A stretch of 64,000 bases of DNA from Mustelus asterias (Eukaryota). Within the stretch, counting starts at the first letter, position 1. Every line of letters begins with the position of its first letter. A program made the position numbers and the translations under genes. The notes under the pieces were generated by a model. That model was not told the origin of the DNA. It worked only from the letters and a program-made list of their open reading frames with translations, and did not search any database. Positions 1-11,626 of the stretch are shown here, one piece after another. The DNA lies in the NCBI RefSeq assembly GCF_964213995.1, contig NW_027590164.1:248001-312000 (forward strand). Reading direction: 5' to 3'.

Positions 1-194
1 CTCCTATTCAGAGTTGCTCGTAAACGACAGAAACTACTATAAAGAGGGATTTTACATACACTGACAGACATTCAGCACAAAGAACCTGATCATTCGGTTT
101 AATTGGTTTTAATGAGATGATTTTGTTTCTATTAACTGTTCACAATCCAGCTCAGAGATCGGATTCAGTGAGAGGAGGTGAGAATGCCTTTGCT

Positions 195-233
195 GGTTTT
201 TGTACGGACTAACTGTGTCTCTGTAACTGCGGT
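195..233 (-). other. Damaged 23-RSS of V1
   Basis: Perfect nonamer ACAAAAACC (203-195). The heptamer slot 233-227 reads ACCGCAG instead of CACAGTG. Confidence 0.85.
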
Positions 234-671
234 TCAGCGCACACTGTTACAGATACACGGCAGAGTCAGAGACACGGACCCCGGTGATATTTAATGAAGC
301 TGTTTTCTTGTCTCTGTCCAAATTAGCAGAAAACTGGTCCGAAAAATCAGGAGACTTATCCCCCTTCCCCTGGCCGTAACTTTTCAATAAATATCTCGGA
401 GCTTCTCCGGGATACAGGATGTACCAGAATAGAGTTTGGTCAACGTACTTAGCTTTATAACTGCAGTTCAAAATTACCGTCTGTACTTCCTGAACCGTTA
501 ATTCAGGCGGCTCCTGGGAAACTGAAGTTTGGCCATTGGTTCCTGTAACAACATATAGACTGTGTGAGAAATCTGTGAGTGAATATAACCCATTGAACAC
601 ACACTGAGGATTTGAGCTCAGACTCACGGGGCAGCATGTCCATTATCATCAGTAGAACACGCAGGGAACAT
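195..671 (-). pseudogene. TCR alpha/delta-type V segment 1 (leader 671-628, intron 627-543, V exon from 542), pseudogene
   Basis: V-set Ig domain: LNCSY...LFWY..PGEAP..LL...LNITGVRVSDSAVY. GTGAGT donor at 627-622, CAG acceptor at 545-543. Three lesions: the leader from ATG 671 is 44 nt (out of phase with the V exon), TAA at 249-247 precedes the second Cys, and the RSS heptamer is disrupted. Confidence 0.9.
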
Positions 672-825
672 GTGGTTCCTGAATGGACAGTAAACAGCGA
701 CACTGTTTAAAATATGTTGTTGCTTCTAGTCTTATATCACGGAGTAAACTCAGATCAGAGGCAGCTTCAATCATTGGCAAATTGGGGGGTTTTCCCAGTG
801 TTGCAAATGGCTGGTCGCCTTGAGA

Positions 826-833
826 TGACGTCA
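826..833. promoter_or_regulatory. CRE palindrome in V1 promoter
   Basis: TGACGTCA about 155 bp upstream of the leader ATG. A near-match TGACGTCC lies upstream of V2 (2176-2183). CRE-type motifs are established in TCR V promoters. Confidence 0.6.
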
Positions 834-1569
834 GCTGTGGACCAAACACTGTTAGTGGTGGACTAAACACAGCTGGCTCCCTCCAAACACATTCCATCCC
901 GGGCTGTGTGTGTTTTTCTCACTCTCTTTCTCTCTCCATGAAAGGTGAATAACGTTATCAGTTACACTGTCTCTTTCTCGGTTAACCCTCTTTCGTTCGA
1001 ACTCAATATCCCCCTTTTTATAGATAGATTTTTCTTTCTAAATAAAGTTAAAAATGAAATAAATAATTTACCCTCATTTACTCTGTGGGTATTAATGAGT
1101 GCATCCACTGCATGAACATAATAGTAGTCACTGCTTTATTTATACCGGGGATAAGTATTCACCCAAGTCCACATTGACTTGCGTTTCCACTGGGATTACT
1201 CTTATACTGGGAAAGTACTGATTCAATCAGTCATTATTTCTGTCCAGAAACTTCAAAATGTGACAACTCTCAGTGTGCCTTTAATATTGGATCACATTTA
1301 ACAGGTTCCCCTGACAGATAGGCATCTGATGCAGAAAGATTAGAAGTATTGATTTATTAAGTTATTCACCCGAGACATCTGTGGGTTTTGTGATTGGATT
1401 TATCCAGGAGTAATCTGAGCGCCAAATGTCACATTTTCCCAACTGTGACAATCACTGACGTTAGGGAGGGAAAGCCACTCAGATGAGGCTGCATTGTCAG
1501 GTTCATTTTCTCTGAAATTCAACGCAATGTGTTTTGCGGACAAGGAACCATTGATTGTGGACCTGCGCC

Positions 1570-1608
1570 AGTTTTTGTACGAGGTCCGCGGGAGCCTCAT
1601 TTACTGTG
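1570..1608 (-). other. Intact 23-RSS of V2
   Basis: CACAGTA (1608-1602), 23-nt spacer, ACAAAAACT (1578-1570). Confidence 0.93.
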
Positions 1609-2095
1609 GGTCTGAGTGCACAGTAATACACGGTGTTGTCTAACATCTTCAAATCTTTCATGGACAAGTGAAAAGTGTTTTGTGTCTGGCTGAGATTCCC
1701 GCTGAAATGTTTAAGGCCGGGAGCCGTATCGGTAAATCCATAACTATCGGCTCTGAGCAGATACTGAGGAGCTCGGTGTGGATACTGGCGATGCCAGAAC
1801 AGGACATAGACTGCATCTGAACTCGGTACCGAGTAACTGCAGGGTATTGCTGAATCTTCACCCTCTGCTGCTTCAACTCCTGGTTCTGACTGGGACACTG
1901 AGTCACCGTTACTCATCTCTGAAAATAGACAACAGACACGCAGCGGGTTAGAAGGAGTAACAACAACGGAATAATCGCCGAGAAATGGAAATGGGCAATT
2001 AATATGGTGATTGGTGGATTTCAGTCAAAGGTTCAAAATGACCGACCTGTGATCAGGAAAATAACCAGAGACAGACAGAGCTGTCATAGCTCCAT
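1609..2095 (-). pseudogene. TCR alpha/delta-type V segment 2 (leader 2095-2047, V exon 1918-1609) with a nonsense codon in the leader
   Basis: Open V exon ...IPCSY...LFWHRQYP..APQYLL...VYYCALRP. The 49-nt phase-1 leader reads MEL*QLCLSLVIFLIT with TGA at 2086-2084. GT/AG intron 2046-1919. Confidence 0.9.
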
Positions 2096-2355
2096 AGTTC
2101 CAGTCTGAACACCAGAGACAGACTGTCTGCATAAGACCTGGAAATTGAGAAGTTGAAACAGTCAGTGGACTGTAATGACGTCCAATGTGACTCCGTCTCT
2201 CCGCCCATTTTTAATCTTCCAACAATCGCTCCCTCCTGAAGGGAATCGTGATTTTTCATAAGTTATCAGAGAGCGCCCTCCCGTGGACAGCACTGCTGCA
2301 TATTGGAAACAGACACACGCACGGCAACCTGCAAAGACTGACACATATCTAGATA

Positions 2356-2580
2356 ATAGAATCATAGAATCATAGAATTTGTACGGTATGAGGTTTGTAC
2401 GGTATGAGGTTACGGGAATAGGGCCTATCCAGGCCCTATTCCCGTAACCTCATACATTAACCCCGCTAATCTCCCTGACACTGGGGTCAATTTAGCATGG
2501 CCAATCAAACTAACCTGCACATCTTTGGACCGTGGGAGGAAACCGGAGCACCCGAGGAAACCCACGCAGAGACGGAGAGA
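2356..2580 (-). mobile_element. HE1/V-SINE fragment
   Basis: V-SINE core (gggtttcctcgggtgctccggtttcctccc) and (ATTCTATG)n tail. Confidence 0.8.
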
Positions 2581-3190
2581 GCAGATACACACACGGCCAC
2601 GTGCAAAGACCAACACGTGTGAGGATATATAACCATATAGATATATGCCCAGACACTGACATCAATTCTAACGTCCCTCGTTATAAATCCAGAATTATTC
2701 TGTAGATTTCTGACACATTAGTCTGAGTTGCTAACTATGAAAATACATGAATAACTCCAACTCCGTGTTCACTGGAAGCCTCGTGAACCGCACAGAATCA
2801 ACAAAAGCATAGACACAGGGACAAGTAAACACAGTGATCGATTCTCAAACTGATCGACTCAAACATAGACACACAGACAATCACTGAGGAAGATAAACAA
2901 TCAGATTAACACAGCCACTGACACACTCAAGAGAAGTGCACTCATTGACTATCCCGAAAGCGTACTAGCTCCAGAGTAACTTTCTGAACTGGAATTCCCT
3001 AGAGTCATGTCAGTGCGGCAATATCGTGTTAGATATTCATTGCGATGGAACTGTCCATTTTAACAACAGGAACAGCCAGAAATCTATTTCTCATCAATGG
3101 TGATCATTAATTGATGACTCAACAGTGGACACTTTTGGAGAATAAGCAATAATGGATGTACTTATTTTAACAGCCAAACACATATCTTGT

Positions 3191-3482
3191 TTAAAGTTTA
3201 TTTATTAATGTCACAAGTAGGATTACATTAATACTGCAATGAAGTTACTGTGAAAATCCCCTAGTCGCCATACTCCGCCACCTGTTCGGGTACACTAAGG
3301 GAGAAATGTAGCATAGCAATGCACCTAACCAGCACGTGTTTCAGATTGTAGGAGGAAACTGGAGCAAATCCACACAGAAACAGGAAGAACGTGCAAACTC
3401 CACTCAGACCCAAGCCAGGAATCAAACCCGAGTCCCTGGCGCTGTGAGGCAGCAGCGTGCCACTGTGCTACCGTGCCACCCC
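3191..3482 (-). mobile_element. HE1/V-SINE-type element
   Basis: tRNA-like head, V core, aataaactttaa tail variant. Confidence 0.8.
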
Positions 3483-4074
3483 GTATGAGGTCGGTGTAGG
3501 TAAGACAGATTCCCCACCATTCTCGAGGTTGCCAGATCGGATGTTCGGGACACAGGAGGACAACACAAGGAGACTGCTTCAGGTATAGGTGATTCATTCT
3601 CCTCTGTTATATTCCACACTCTGTGGAAAGTTGCGGAGTTAATATTATATATAATTCAGAAATAATGAGGAGATGCTTTATCCGATTAAACTCGTTTTGT
3701 AAATTCGATTTGAAATCAATTGCATAAATAAATATATGTTTACATTGAAAACTATATTGGGAAGCTATATCCAATACTTTATGCCATTGGGTCAGCGAAA
3801 CGTTGTTACTTAAAGCAAACTGTACATGGATTCCACAGAAACTCCTTCTTCAAATGGGGATTGGACAATGACTTGAAAGGGAGAAAAATCAACTTCATGG
3901 AATGAGAGGAGGAAATTGAAATGAGAACAAAGAACAGTGCAGCACAGGAACAGGCCCTTCGGCCCACCAAGCCCGCACCGACACGTCAGTTTGGTAGCTC
4001 GTCATAAAATAGCTGGCATAGGCATGGTGGGTTGAAGGGACTCTTATTGTTCTTTGCCATTGCCAACCATTTTC

Positions 4075-5528
4075 AATCATTACAACAATCTGAGGTCCCT
4101 GTCTGCTTCAAGAAGACGACCATCATCCCGGTACCTAAGAAAAATCAAGCAGCGTGTCTTAATAACTATCGGCCGGTGGCTCTGACATCCATCATTATGA
4201 AGCGCTTTGAAAGGTTTGTCATGGCACGAATCAATTCCAGCCTCCCGGACCACCTGGATCCACAACAGTTGCCTATCGCCGCAACAGGTCCACAGCAGAC
4301 GGCATTTCCCTGGCCTTGCACTCAACCCTGGATCACCTAGATAACAAGGACACACTCCTATTTATTGACCACAGCTCAGTCTTCAAAACTATTATTCCCA
4401 CGAAACTCATCTCCAAACTCCGTGGCCTGGGCCTCTGCACCACCTCTGTGACTGGATCCTGAACTTCCTAACTCACAGACCACAATCAGTAAGGATAGGC
4501 AACAACACCTCCTCCACAATCATCCTCAACACCAGTACCCAACAAGGCTGTTTTCTCAGCCCCCGACTATACTCCTTATACACCTATGACTGTGTGACCA
4601 AATTCCCCTCCAATTCGATTTTCAAGTTTGCTGACGACACCACTATAGTGGGTCGGGTCTCAAACAATGATGAGACAGAGTACAGGAATGAGGTAGAGAA
4701 TCTGGTGAATTGGTGCAGCAACAATAATCTCTCCCGCCATGCCAACAAAACGAAGGAGATTGTCATCGACTTCAGGAAGCGTAAAGGAGAACATGCCCCT
4801 GTCTACATCAACGGGGACGAAGTAGAAAGGGTCGAGAGCTTCAAGTTTTTAGGTGTCCAGACCACCAACTATCTGTCCTGGTTCCTCCCCCCCCCCCCCA
4901 CCCCCCCCCCCCCACCCCCCCCCCACCCCCCCTCCACCCCTTCCCCAATGCCGACACTATAGTTAAGAAACCCACCAACGCCTCTACTTGCTCAGAAGAC
5001 TAAGGAAATTTGGCATGTCAACTACGACTCTCACCAACTTTTACAGATGTACCATAGAAAGCATTCTTTCTGGCTGTGTCACAGCTTGGCATTGCTCCTG
5101 CTCTGCTCAAGACTGCAAGGAACTACAAAAGGTCGTGAATGTGCCCAATACATCACACAAACCAGCCTCCCATCCATTGAATCTGTCTACACTTCCGCTG
5201 CCTCGGCAAAGCGGCCAGCATAATTAAGGACTCCATGTCCCCGGGCATTCTCTCTTTCACCTTCTTCCTTCGGGAAAAAGATACAAAAGTCTGAGGTCAC
5301 ATACCAACCGGCTCAAGAATAGCTTCTTCCCTGCTGCTGTCAGACGTTTGAATGGACTTACCTTGCATTAAGCTGATCTTTCTCTGCACCCTAGCTATGA
5401 CTGTAACACTGCATTCTGCACACTCTCATTTCCTTCTCTATGAACGGTATGTTTTGCCTGTATAGCGCGCAAGAAACAATACTTTTCACTGTATGTTAAT
5501 ACATGTGACAATAATAAATCAAATCAAA
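4075..5528 (+). mobile_element. Rex1/Babar-clade non-LTR retrotransposon, 5'-truncated and frameshifted
   Basis: [57 protein letters not shown]; aataaatcaaatcaaa tail. Confidence 0.88.
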
Positions 5529-5616
5529 GTCATTCTTGGATCAATATGTCTACAGCAGTCCCAATGAATGTTGCAACATTTCAAGAGAGTTCCATTGTGT
5601 CCTACGGACGCCAGCA

Positions 5617-5688
5617 GTTTCTGTAGTGTAATGGTGGTTGCATTTAACTCAGACACAAAAGTCCCTAGTTCAAAACCATGCCGAAATA
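5617..5688 (+). pseudogene. Heavily decayed tRNA-Val copy
   Basis: gtttctgtagtgtaatgg...gtccctagttcaaaacc aligns to the tRNA at 6719 and heads the same duplicated unit. Confidence 0.7.
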
Positions 5689-6718
5689 TTATTAACATTT
5701 GTTCATTAAGAGTGAGGGAAGTTTACAAGATTGAAATTTGTTGCTCAACATTATCCGAAACTCAATATTAAAGCCATGTTATCTTTGCTCTGTCCTCGGC
5801 CTCAAAATCTTTCAGCAAAATCAGAGATCTTGTATTTTTATGACTTAATGAGAGGAAATAAATGTTGCTGTTTTGACACCGTGGACATATCAGCAACTCA
5901 TTCAGTCCACAACAGAATTTAATGGCTTTGTTGATGCAGACTAACAAAGTGAATCATCATCTGAACCATGTCTAATAGTATTGTGTGCTCAAAAAGGCAG
6001 ACACAAGTGAAACTGTAACTGAACTAGAGGAATTGGCGCACATTGCGCGGAACCATTATTTTAACATCGTTCTTCAGAGTAAACAAAGAGGGAAAACGAC
6101 TCAGACGGTTGAGGAAATCGAGAATCAGTGCGGATGTACTGGACTTTCCTACAGCTGAATGGGATTTAGACGTCTGAGTGTTTCATACAGAGAATAAAGA
6201 GGGGTCAGGTATAACTAACAAATCATTCTTAAATCTATTCCCTTTAAAGATATTTGATTTTGTTCAAAAGCTGATTGTGGTCAATCTCAATGAAGCACCG
6301 TGACATGTGTATTACCCAGTGATTCGATTCCTTTCGTTGGTCAGCCATGTTTGAAATTCAATGTTGTCTATTTCGGAGATATGTCATTCAGAATGAGGAG
6401 ATATGTAATTAATAAAAATATATTAATATTAAACATTGAACAACGAACAAATACTGGGTAGAATTGGTTGAAATTATTCGAAGGAAGATGAGAATGATGC
6501 ATTAATGATTGAGCAGAAATCATTGCTTCCTTCGATATTTGCCCGACGACCGCTTTTAAAGGTTGAAGTTCAAGATAACTTGAGAAATCAGGTTGAAAGA
6601 AACGATTTTTGTCTTGTATTCAGTGACATGGGCTCTCAGTATAACCATTCGAACCTGCAGCAACACAGTAGAGTTGAACATTGTGGCCAGGCCAATTGGC
6701 GGCGCTATGCAATCAGTT

Positions 6719-6791
6719 GTTTCTGTTGTGTAGTGGTTATCACGTTCACCCCACACGCGAAAGGTCCCCGGTTCGAAACTGGGCAGAAACA
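6719..6791 (+). tRNA. tRNA-Val(CAC), probably pseudogene or weak variant
   Basis: 73 nt matching the vertebrate Val-CAC body with A/B boxes. Has U33->C and an anticodon-stem mismatch. Confidence 0.85.
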
Positions 6792-7559
6792 TTCACTTTA
6801 TTTAGTGTGAGGGAAGTTTTGCATGGTAGTTGTTGCTGAACATTATCCGATTCTCCATGTTGCAGCCGTGTTATCTTTGCTCGGAACTCGGCCACAAATG
6901 CTTTCAGCAAAATCAGAAATGCTGTATTTTAAGACGCAATGAGGAAATAAAAGTTTGTACTTTTAACACCGTGCGCATATTAGCAACTTGTTCAGTCCAT
7001 AACAGAATTTAAAGGATGTATAAATGCAGACTAACATAGTTAATCACCATCTGAAACATGTGTAATAGTAGTGTGTGCTCATAAAGACAGACACAAGTGA
7101 AAGTGTAACTGAACTAGAGGAAATGGCGCACATTTCCCGGCAGCATATTTTTAAAATTGTTCTTCATAATAAAGAAATGGAAAAAAAATCACTGAGGCAG
7201 ATGAGTAAATCGAAACTCAGCGTAGATCTGCTGGACTTTCCTATAGATGAACGGGATTTAGGCGCCAGAATGTTTCACATGCAGAATAAAGAGGGATCAA
7301 GTATAACTAGCAAATCATTATTAAATCTTTTCCCTTTAAAGATATTTGATATTGTTTAAAAGCTGACTGTCTCAAATAGGCACCATGGGATGTGTATTAC
7401 CCAGTGACTCGATTTCTTTTATTGGTCAGTCAAGTTTGCAATTCAATGTTGCATATTCCCGAGATATTCAATTCAGAATGAAGACGTATGTATTAAATAC
7501 ATGTATTAATATTTAATATCGAATAACAAAACAAATATTGAGTAACTAGCCAACAATAC

Positions 7560-8915
7560 AAGTCTGGATGGCCCTTCGTCAGAGCTAAGAGCAAAGAAAA
7601 GCAGAAAAGATTTAAATTATGAGGGTGGAAGGCGGGTGCTGTAAGTGGACAAAGGGAATCCAAATTAGGATAAAGACGGCTGAGAGAGATGCTAAAAATG
7701 TCCATTAAGCAATCAGAATGGCAGAGCAGAGGTAAATGTGGTTAAGGCAGTTGCCCTGAAAGAGGAGTGTTGGGGGGGGGGGGGGGGGGGGGCGGGGGGT
7801 GCGTGGGAGGGAGGCAAGAAGGAGAGCAGGAATCAAGAAATAGAAAAATGGAAGCGAGAAAGAAGTATGATAAAAATGGGTGAATGAGATGAAAAGAAGA
7901 AACAGAATGAAATGAAATAAATGGAAAGGGGATAAACGTGCAGGGGAGAGTTCATGCTCTGAAGTTGTTGAACTCAATGTTTAGTCCGGAAGGCTGTAAA
8001 GTGTTCAATCAAAAGATGAGGTGCTGTCCCTCCAGTTTGCGTTGGGGTTCACTAGAACATTGCAAAGTGCCAAGGACGGACATGTGGACAGGAGAGCAGG
8101 GTGCTGTGTTGAAGTGGCAAGAACTGGAAGTTCTGGGTCCTGCTTGCAGACGGACTGAAGGTGTTCAGCAAAGCGATCACTCAGTTTGTGTTTGGTCTCT
8201 CCAATGTAGGAGAGTAGACTTCATGGGGAGGAGCGAATGCAATAGACTAGACTGAAGGAGATGCATGTGAATCGCTGCTTCACCTGAAAAGGGTGTTCAG
8301 GACTTGGGATGGTGAGCAGGGAGGAGGTAAAGGGACAGGTGTTGCACCCTCTACCATTGCATGGGAAGATGCTGTGGGCAGAGGATGGGATGTTGGGTGG
8401 GATGGAGGCGTGGACCAGGCTGTCCCAGAGACAACCTTCCGCGTGAAATGCTGTTGGGTGTGAGGGGTGAGGTGAAGATGTGTTGAGGAGTGGCTTCATG
8501 CTGGAATTGGCAGCAATGGCGGAGGATGATACTTTGAACACAGAGGCTGGTCTCTGGTCTGGTAAAACGTGAGGACGTGGGAACCCTGTCCTCTTTCTAG
8601 GAGGGAGGGGAGGGGGTGCGAGCAGTGGCCTGGGGCATGAGTTGGACACAGTCAAGAGCCCTGTCAACCACAGTGGGTGGACTCCGCACAGTCACCCAAG
8701 GCAAGAATCAAATCCAGATCCCAAGCACTGTAAATGCTAACCACTGTTCCACCCGGAAGGATCAGCCTGGTGGTAGCTTTACTCATGATATCCAGTTGCA
8801 CTGGAGGTAGAATGGGAAGGAAATAAAAGTAAAATACTGCGGATGTTGGAATTGGGAAATTTAAACTGAAAATACTGGATAAACTCAGCAGACCTGGCGG
8901 CATCTGTGGAGAAAC
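7560..8915 (-). mobile_element. Penelope-like element remnant (GIY-YIG endonuclease and pLTR pieces)
   Basis: QVKQRFTC..LVYCIR...LYIGETKHKLSDRFAEH on the minus strand; CTGACGA hammerhead remnant near 7575; pLTR-type sequence 8820-8915. Confidence 0.85.
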
Positions 8916-9099
8916 CTATTAACAATGGATTCTTATAATTTTGGTTGCTGAATGAGGAGACAAGGTCCTTTCGGTTTTATTGACGTTTTATGCGGCGTTA
9001 CGGTTGAAGCGATAAAAGCAATATTTTAAATATCTCTGAAATTAAGTGATGTCCATCTTTGTGTGGGGCAGACGTCCTCCGTTTGGACAGAAGATGAAG

Positions 9100-9292
9100 A
9101 ACCAATGTGCCCTCAACAAAGATGGCGGCGACGTGGGGGCGGGGCAATGGGCGGTGTACGCAGAACGCTGAGGAGGTTGGGATCGCACATGCGCATTGCA
9201 GCGGAGTGTTTTGTTGACGGAAGCGCGCGGGTTCTTCTCCGGATCGGAATCAGATTTGAAAGGGGGAACGGTTAACGGTGGCAGGCGTTGCC
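9100..9292 (+). promoter_or_regulatory. CpG-rich housekeeping-type promoter of the EMC4 copy
   Basis: YY1-like AAGATGGCGGC, GC box GGGGCGGGG, NRF1-like CATGCGCA and ETS-like CGGAAG upstream of ATG 9293. Confidence 0.7.
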
Positions 9293-10484
9293 ATGGCGGC
9301 AGGGGCGGGGCTCGCCAACAGCACGCGCTGGCACACGTGGACCCTCGAGCTCAACCTGAGCGACAGTGGCAGCAGGTGCGGAGGCCGCGCGGGGAGCCGG
9401 GGGCTCGAGTAGGATGCAAGCCGGGTCAGCTCGCCTCTCCAGCGGAGGCGACCTGGGGATGTGACACCAACCCAAAACTTCTCAACTTCGGGTTATTCAC
9501 GTCTCTTTTACCCCTCACCGAGCTCCTCAGCACAAAGCAGCCCCTCAAATCCCCCACAAACCACTCAGACCCCACTTGGCATCTTTTCCCCAGGTCATAA
9601 CCCTGAGATGCCCTTTTGGTTTCAGCCCTCCACCTGGTCAGGTGCCAACTGCGGTGGTGGTTGGAGGAACGATTGGTCGTTTCCAGGGCCGGGCGCTGAA
9701 CTGGATCTCTCTCAATATCCCTCAGTTTGTTTTCAAGATACAATTTGGTACATCTGGTGATTTGTCACTTTGTCCCTAAATGGAGGGCAAGCGGATTGGC
9801 ACCCTGATTATCAATTCACACTAAATCCACTTCTGCATCCCTCCATTACCCTGGCAGTTTGGTACACGCAATGGCAGTGTGTGTCTGAGGTTTGCCCAAG
9901 CTTTAATTCGTGCTGTCACTATTGCCACCACGTTGGGGTCCTCAACAGAGAGACTCCCTCTTGAGAAAAGGTCTTGAAAGGGTGACCAATTTGTGTTTTC
10001 TGTTTCTCATAGGAGCCGTGATCAACAGTGTGGCCAGAGAGACTCCACGTGCCCAGTCGCATGTTCGGACAAACAGCTACCGGACATCTGCGTCCAAGAA
10101 ACAGACCGGATCCTGGTCGAGAAAGTAAGTTGGATTTGAATGTGTCTTTAGTGTGTGACTGACAACGCCCCTGGTTTGTCCACGGTGGTGAAGTACCTTG
10201 GTGAACCACAGCAGCCTGTGTGATAAAGGGTTAATCATCATCCTTACTTCCAGGCCTGGGTATAAGATCAGCATATGGCCTCCCCTAACCGGCCCCCTTT
10301 ACTGATACACTGCTCACTTTCTGTTTTCAGTCCTGCTGGGACATCGCCTTGGACCCACTGAAACAGTTGCCCATGAATCTGTTCATCATGTACATGGCTG
10401 CCAACACCATCTCCATCCTCCCTATCATGATGGTGTGCATGATGGCCTGGAGACCCATACAGGCCTTGATGTCCATGTCTGCAA
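9293..10484 (+). pseudogene. EMC4: ER membrane protein complex subunit 4, exons 1-3 only (9293-9375, 10013-10124, 10331-10484)
   Basis: Splices in frame through GT/AG introns to MAAGAGLAN...[19 protein letters not shown]|[51 protein letters not shown], recognisable as EMC4. I found no downstream exons in the window. Confidence 0.9.
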
Positions 10485-10877
10485 GTGAGTATTGTATTGA
10501 ATCTACAGCTCAGAAACAGCTCTGAACCGGCATCACTTGAGTGCAGCTTAGAATAGAGTTCTGGGAGTTGGGTAATTAAGGGAGTTAGGGAAGGAAGGGA
10601 AAGGGGTGCCCTTTTGCTTTCCAACTTTCTCAGCCTTTGGGAAGTGATCTTACTCTTCTACAGGAGAAGAAGCCAGATTTTTGGTGAGTATCTGCGAAGT
10701 AACTAAGATTTATTCTGTTCCTAAGGATCAAAATAGTATAGCAACAGGTGGTAAGGTTAATAAAATACTTAAAAACAAAAATAAATTATCATTGGATAAA
10801 AGAAATAGTTTATTAGTACACATTCAAGCTGCAGCATTTGGGAGTTCCTGGGTGTCAGTTTGATCCATGGCAAACAG

Positions 10878-11626
10878 GCATAGAGGTTTACAGCATGGAA
10901 ACAGACCCTTCGGCCCAACTTGTCCATGCCACCCTTTTTTTGAAACCCCTGAGCTCGTCCCAATTGTCCGCATTTCGCCCATATCCCTCTATACCCATTT
11001 TACCCATGTAACTGTCTCAATGCTTTTTAAAATGCAAAACTGTACCCCCTCTACTACTACCTCTGGCAGCTTGTTCCAGACACTCACCACCCTCTGTGCG
11101 AAACAATTGCCCCTTTGGACATTTTTCTATCTTCCCCTCTCACCTTAAACCTATGCCCCCCAGTTTTAGACTCCCCTACCTTTGGGAAAAGATATTGACT
11201 ATCTAGCTGATCTATGCCCCTCATTATTTTATAGGCCTCTATAACATCACCCTCAGCCTCCTCAGCCCAAGAGAAAAAAGTCCCAGTCTATCCAGCCTCT
11301 CCTTCTAACTCAAACCATCAAGTCTGGGAGCATTCTAGTAAATCTCTTCTGCACTCTTTCTAGTTTAATAATATCCTTTCTATAATAGGGTGACCAGAAC
11401 TGTACATAGTATTCCAAGTGTGGCCTTACCAATGTCTTGTACAACTTCAACAAGATGTCCCAACTCCTGTATTCAATGTTCTGACCAATGAAACCAAGCA
11501 TGCCGAATGCCTTCTTCACCACTCTGTCCACCTGTGACTCCACTTTCAAGGAGCTATGAACATGTACCCTTAGATCTCTCTGTTCTGTAACACTCCCCAA
11601 CACATACCATTAACTGAGTAAGTCAT
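10878..11626 (-). mobile_element. CR1 LINE 3' fragment
   Basis: LYKTLVRPHLEY.VQFWSP..KDIIKLERVQKRFTRMLP plus CR1 3' UTR. Confidence 0.92.

Larger units (their letters stand above)
5617..7548 (+). repeat. Two diverged tandem copies (period about 1.1 kb) of a tRNA-Val plus spacer unit
   Basis: 5617-6460 is collinear with 6719-7548, e.g. cagtccacaacagaatttaa/cagtccataacagaatttaa and ccctttaaagatatttgat in both. Confidence 0.9.

Noticed and set aside
247-1918. NAR-TCR or IgH-like V segments
   Set aside because: Both have their own leader exon, a 23-type RSS layout and alpha/delta-like frameworks; no adjacent D/J or IgH-type motifs were seen. Alpha versus delta usage cannot be decided here.
4886-4945. 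C-rich tract giving a poly-Pro ORF end (and the G run at about 7771-7800)
   Set aside because: Low-complexity expansions inside dead retroelements; homopolymer lengths may be unreliable.
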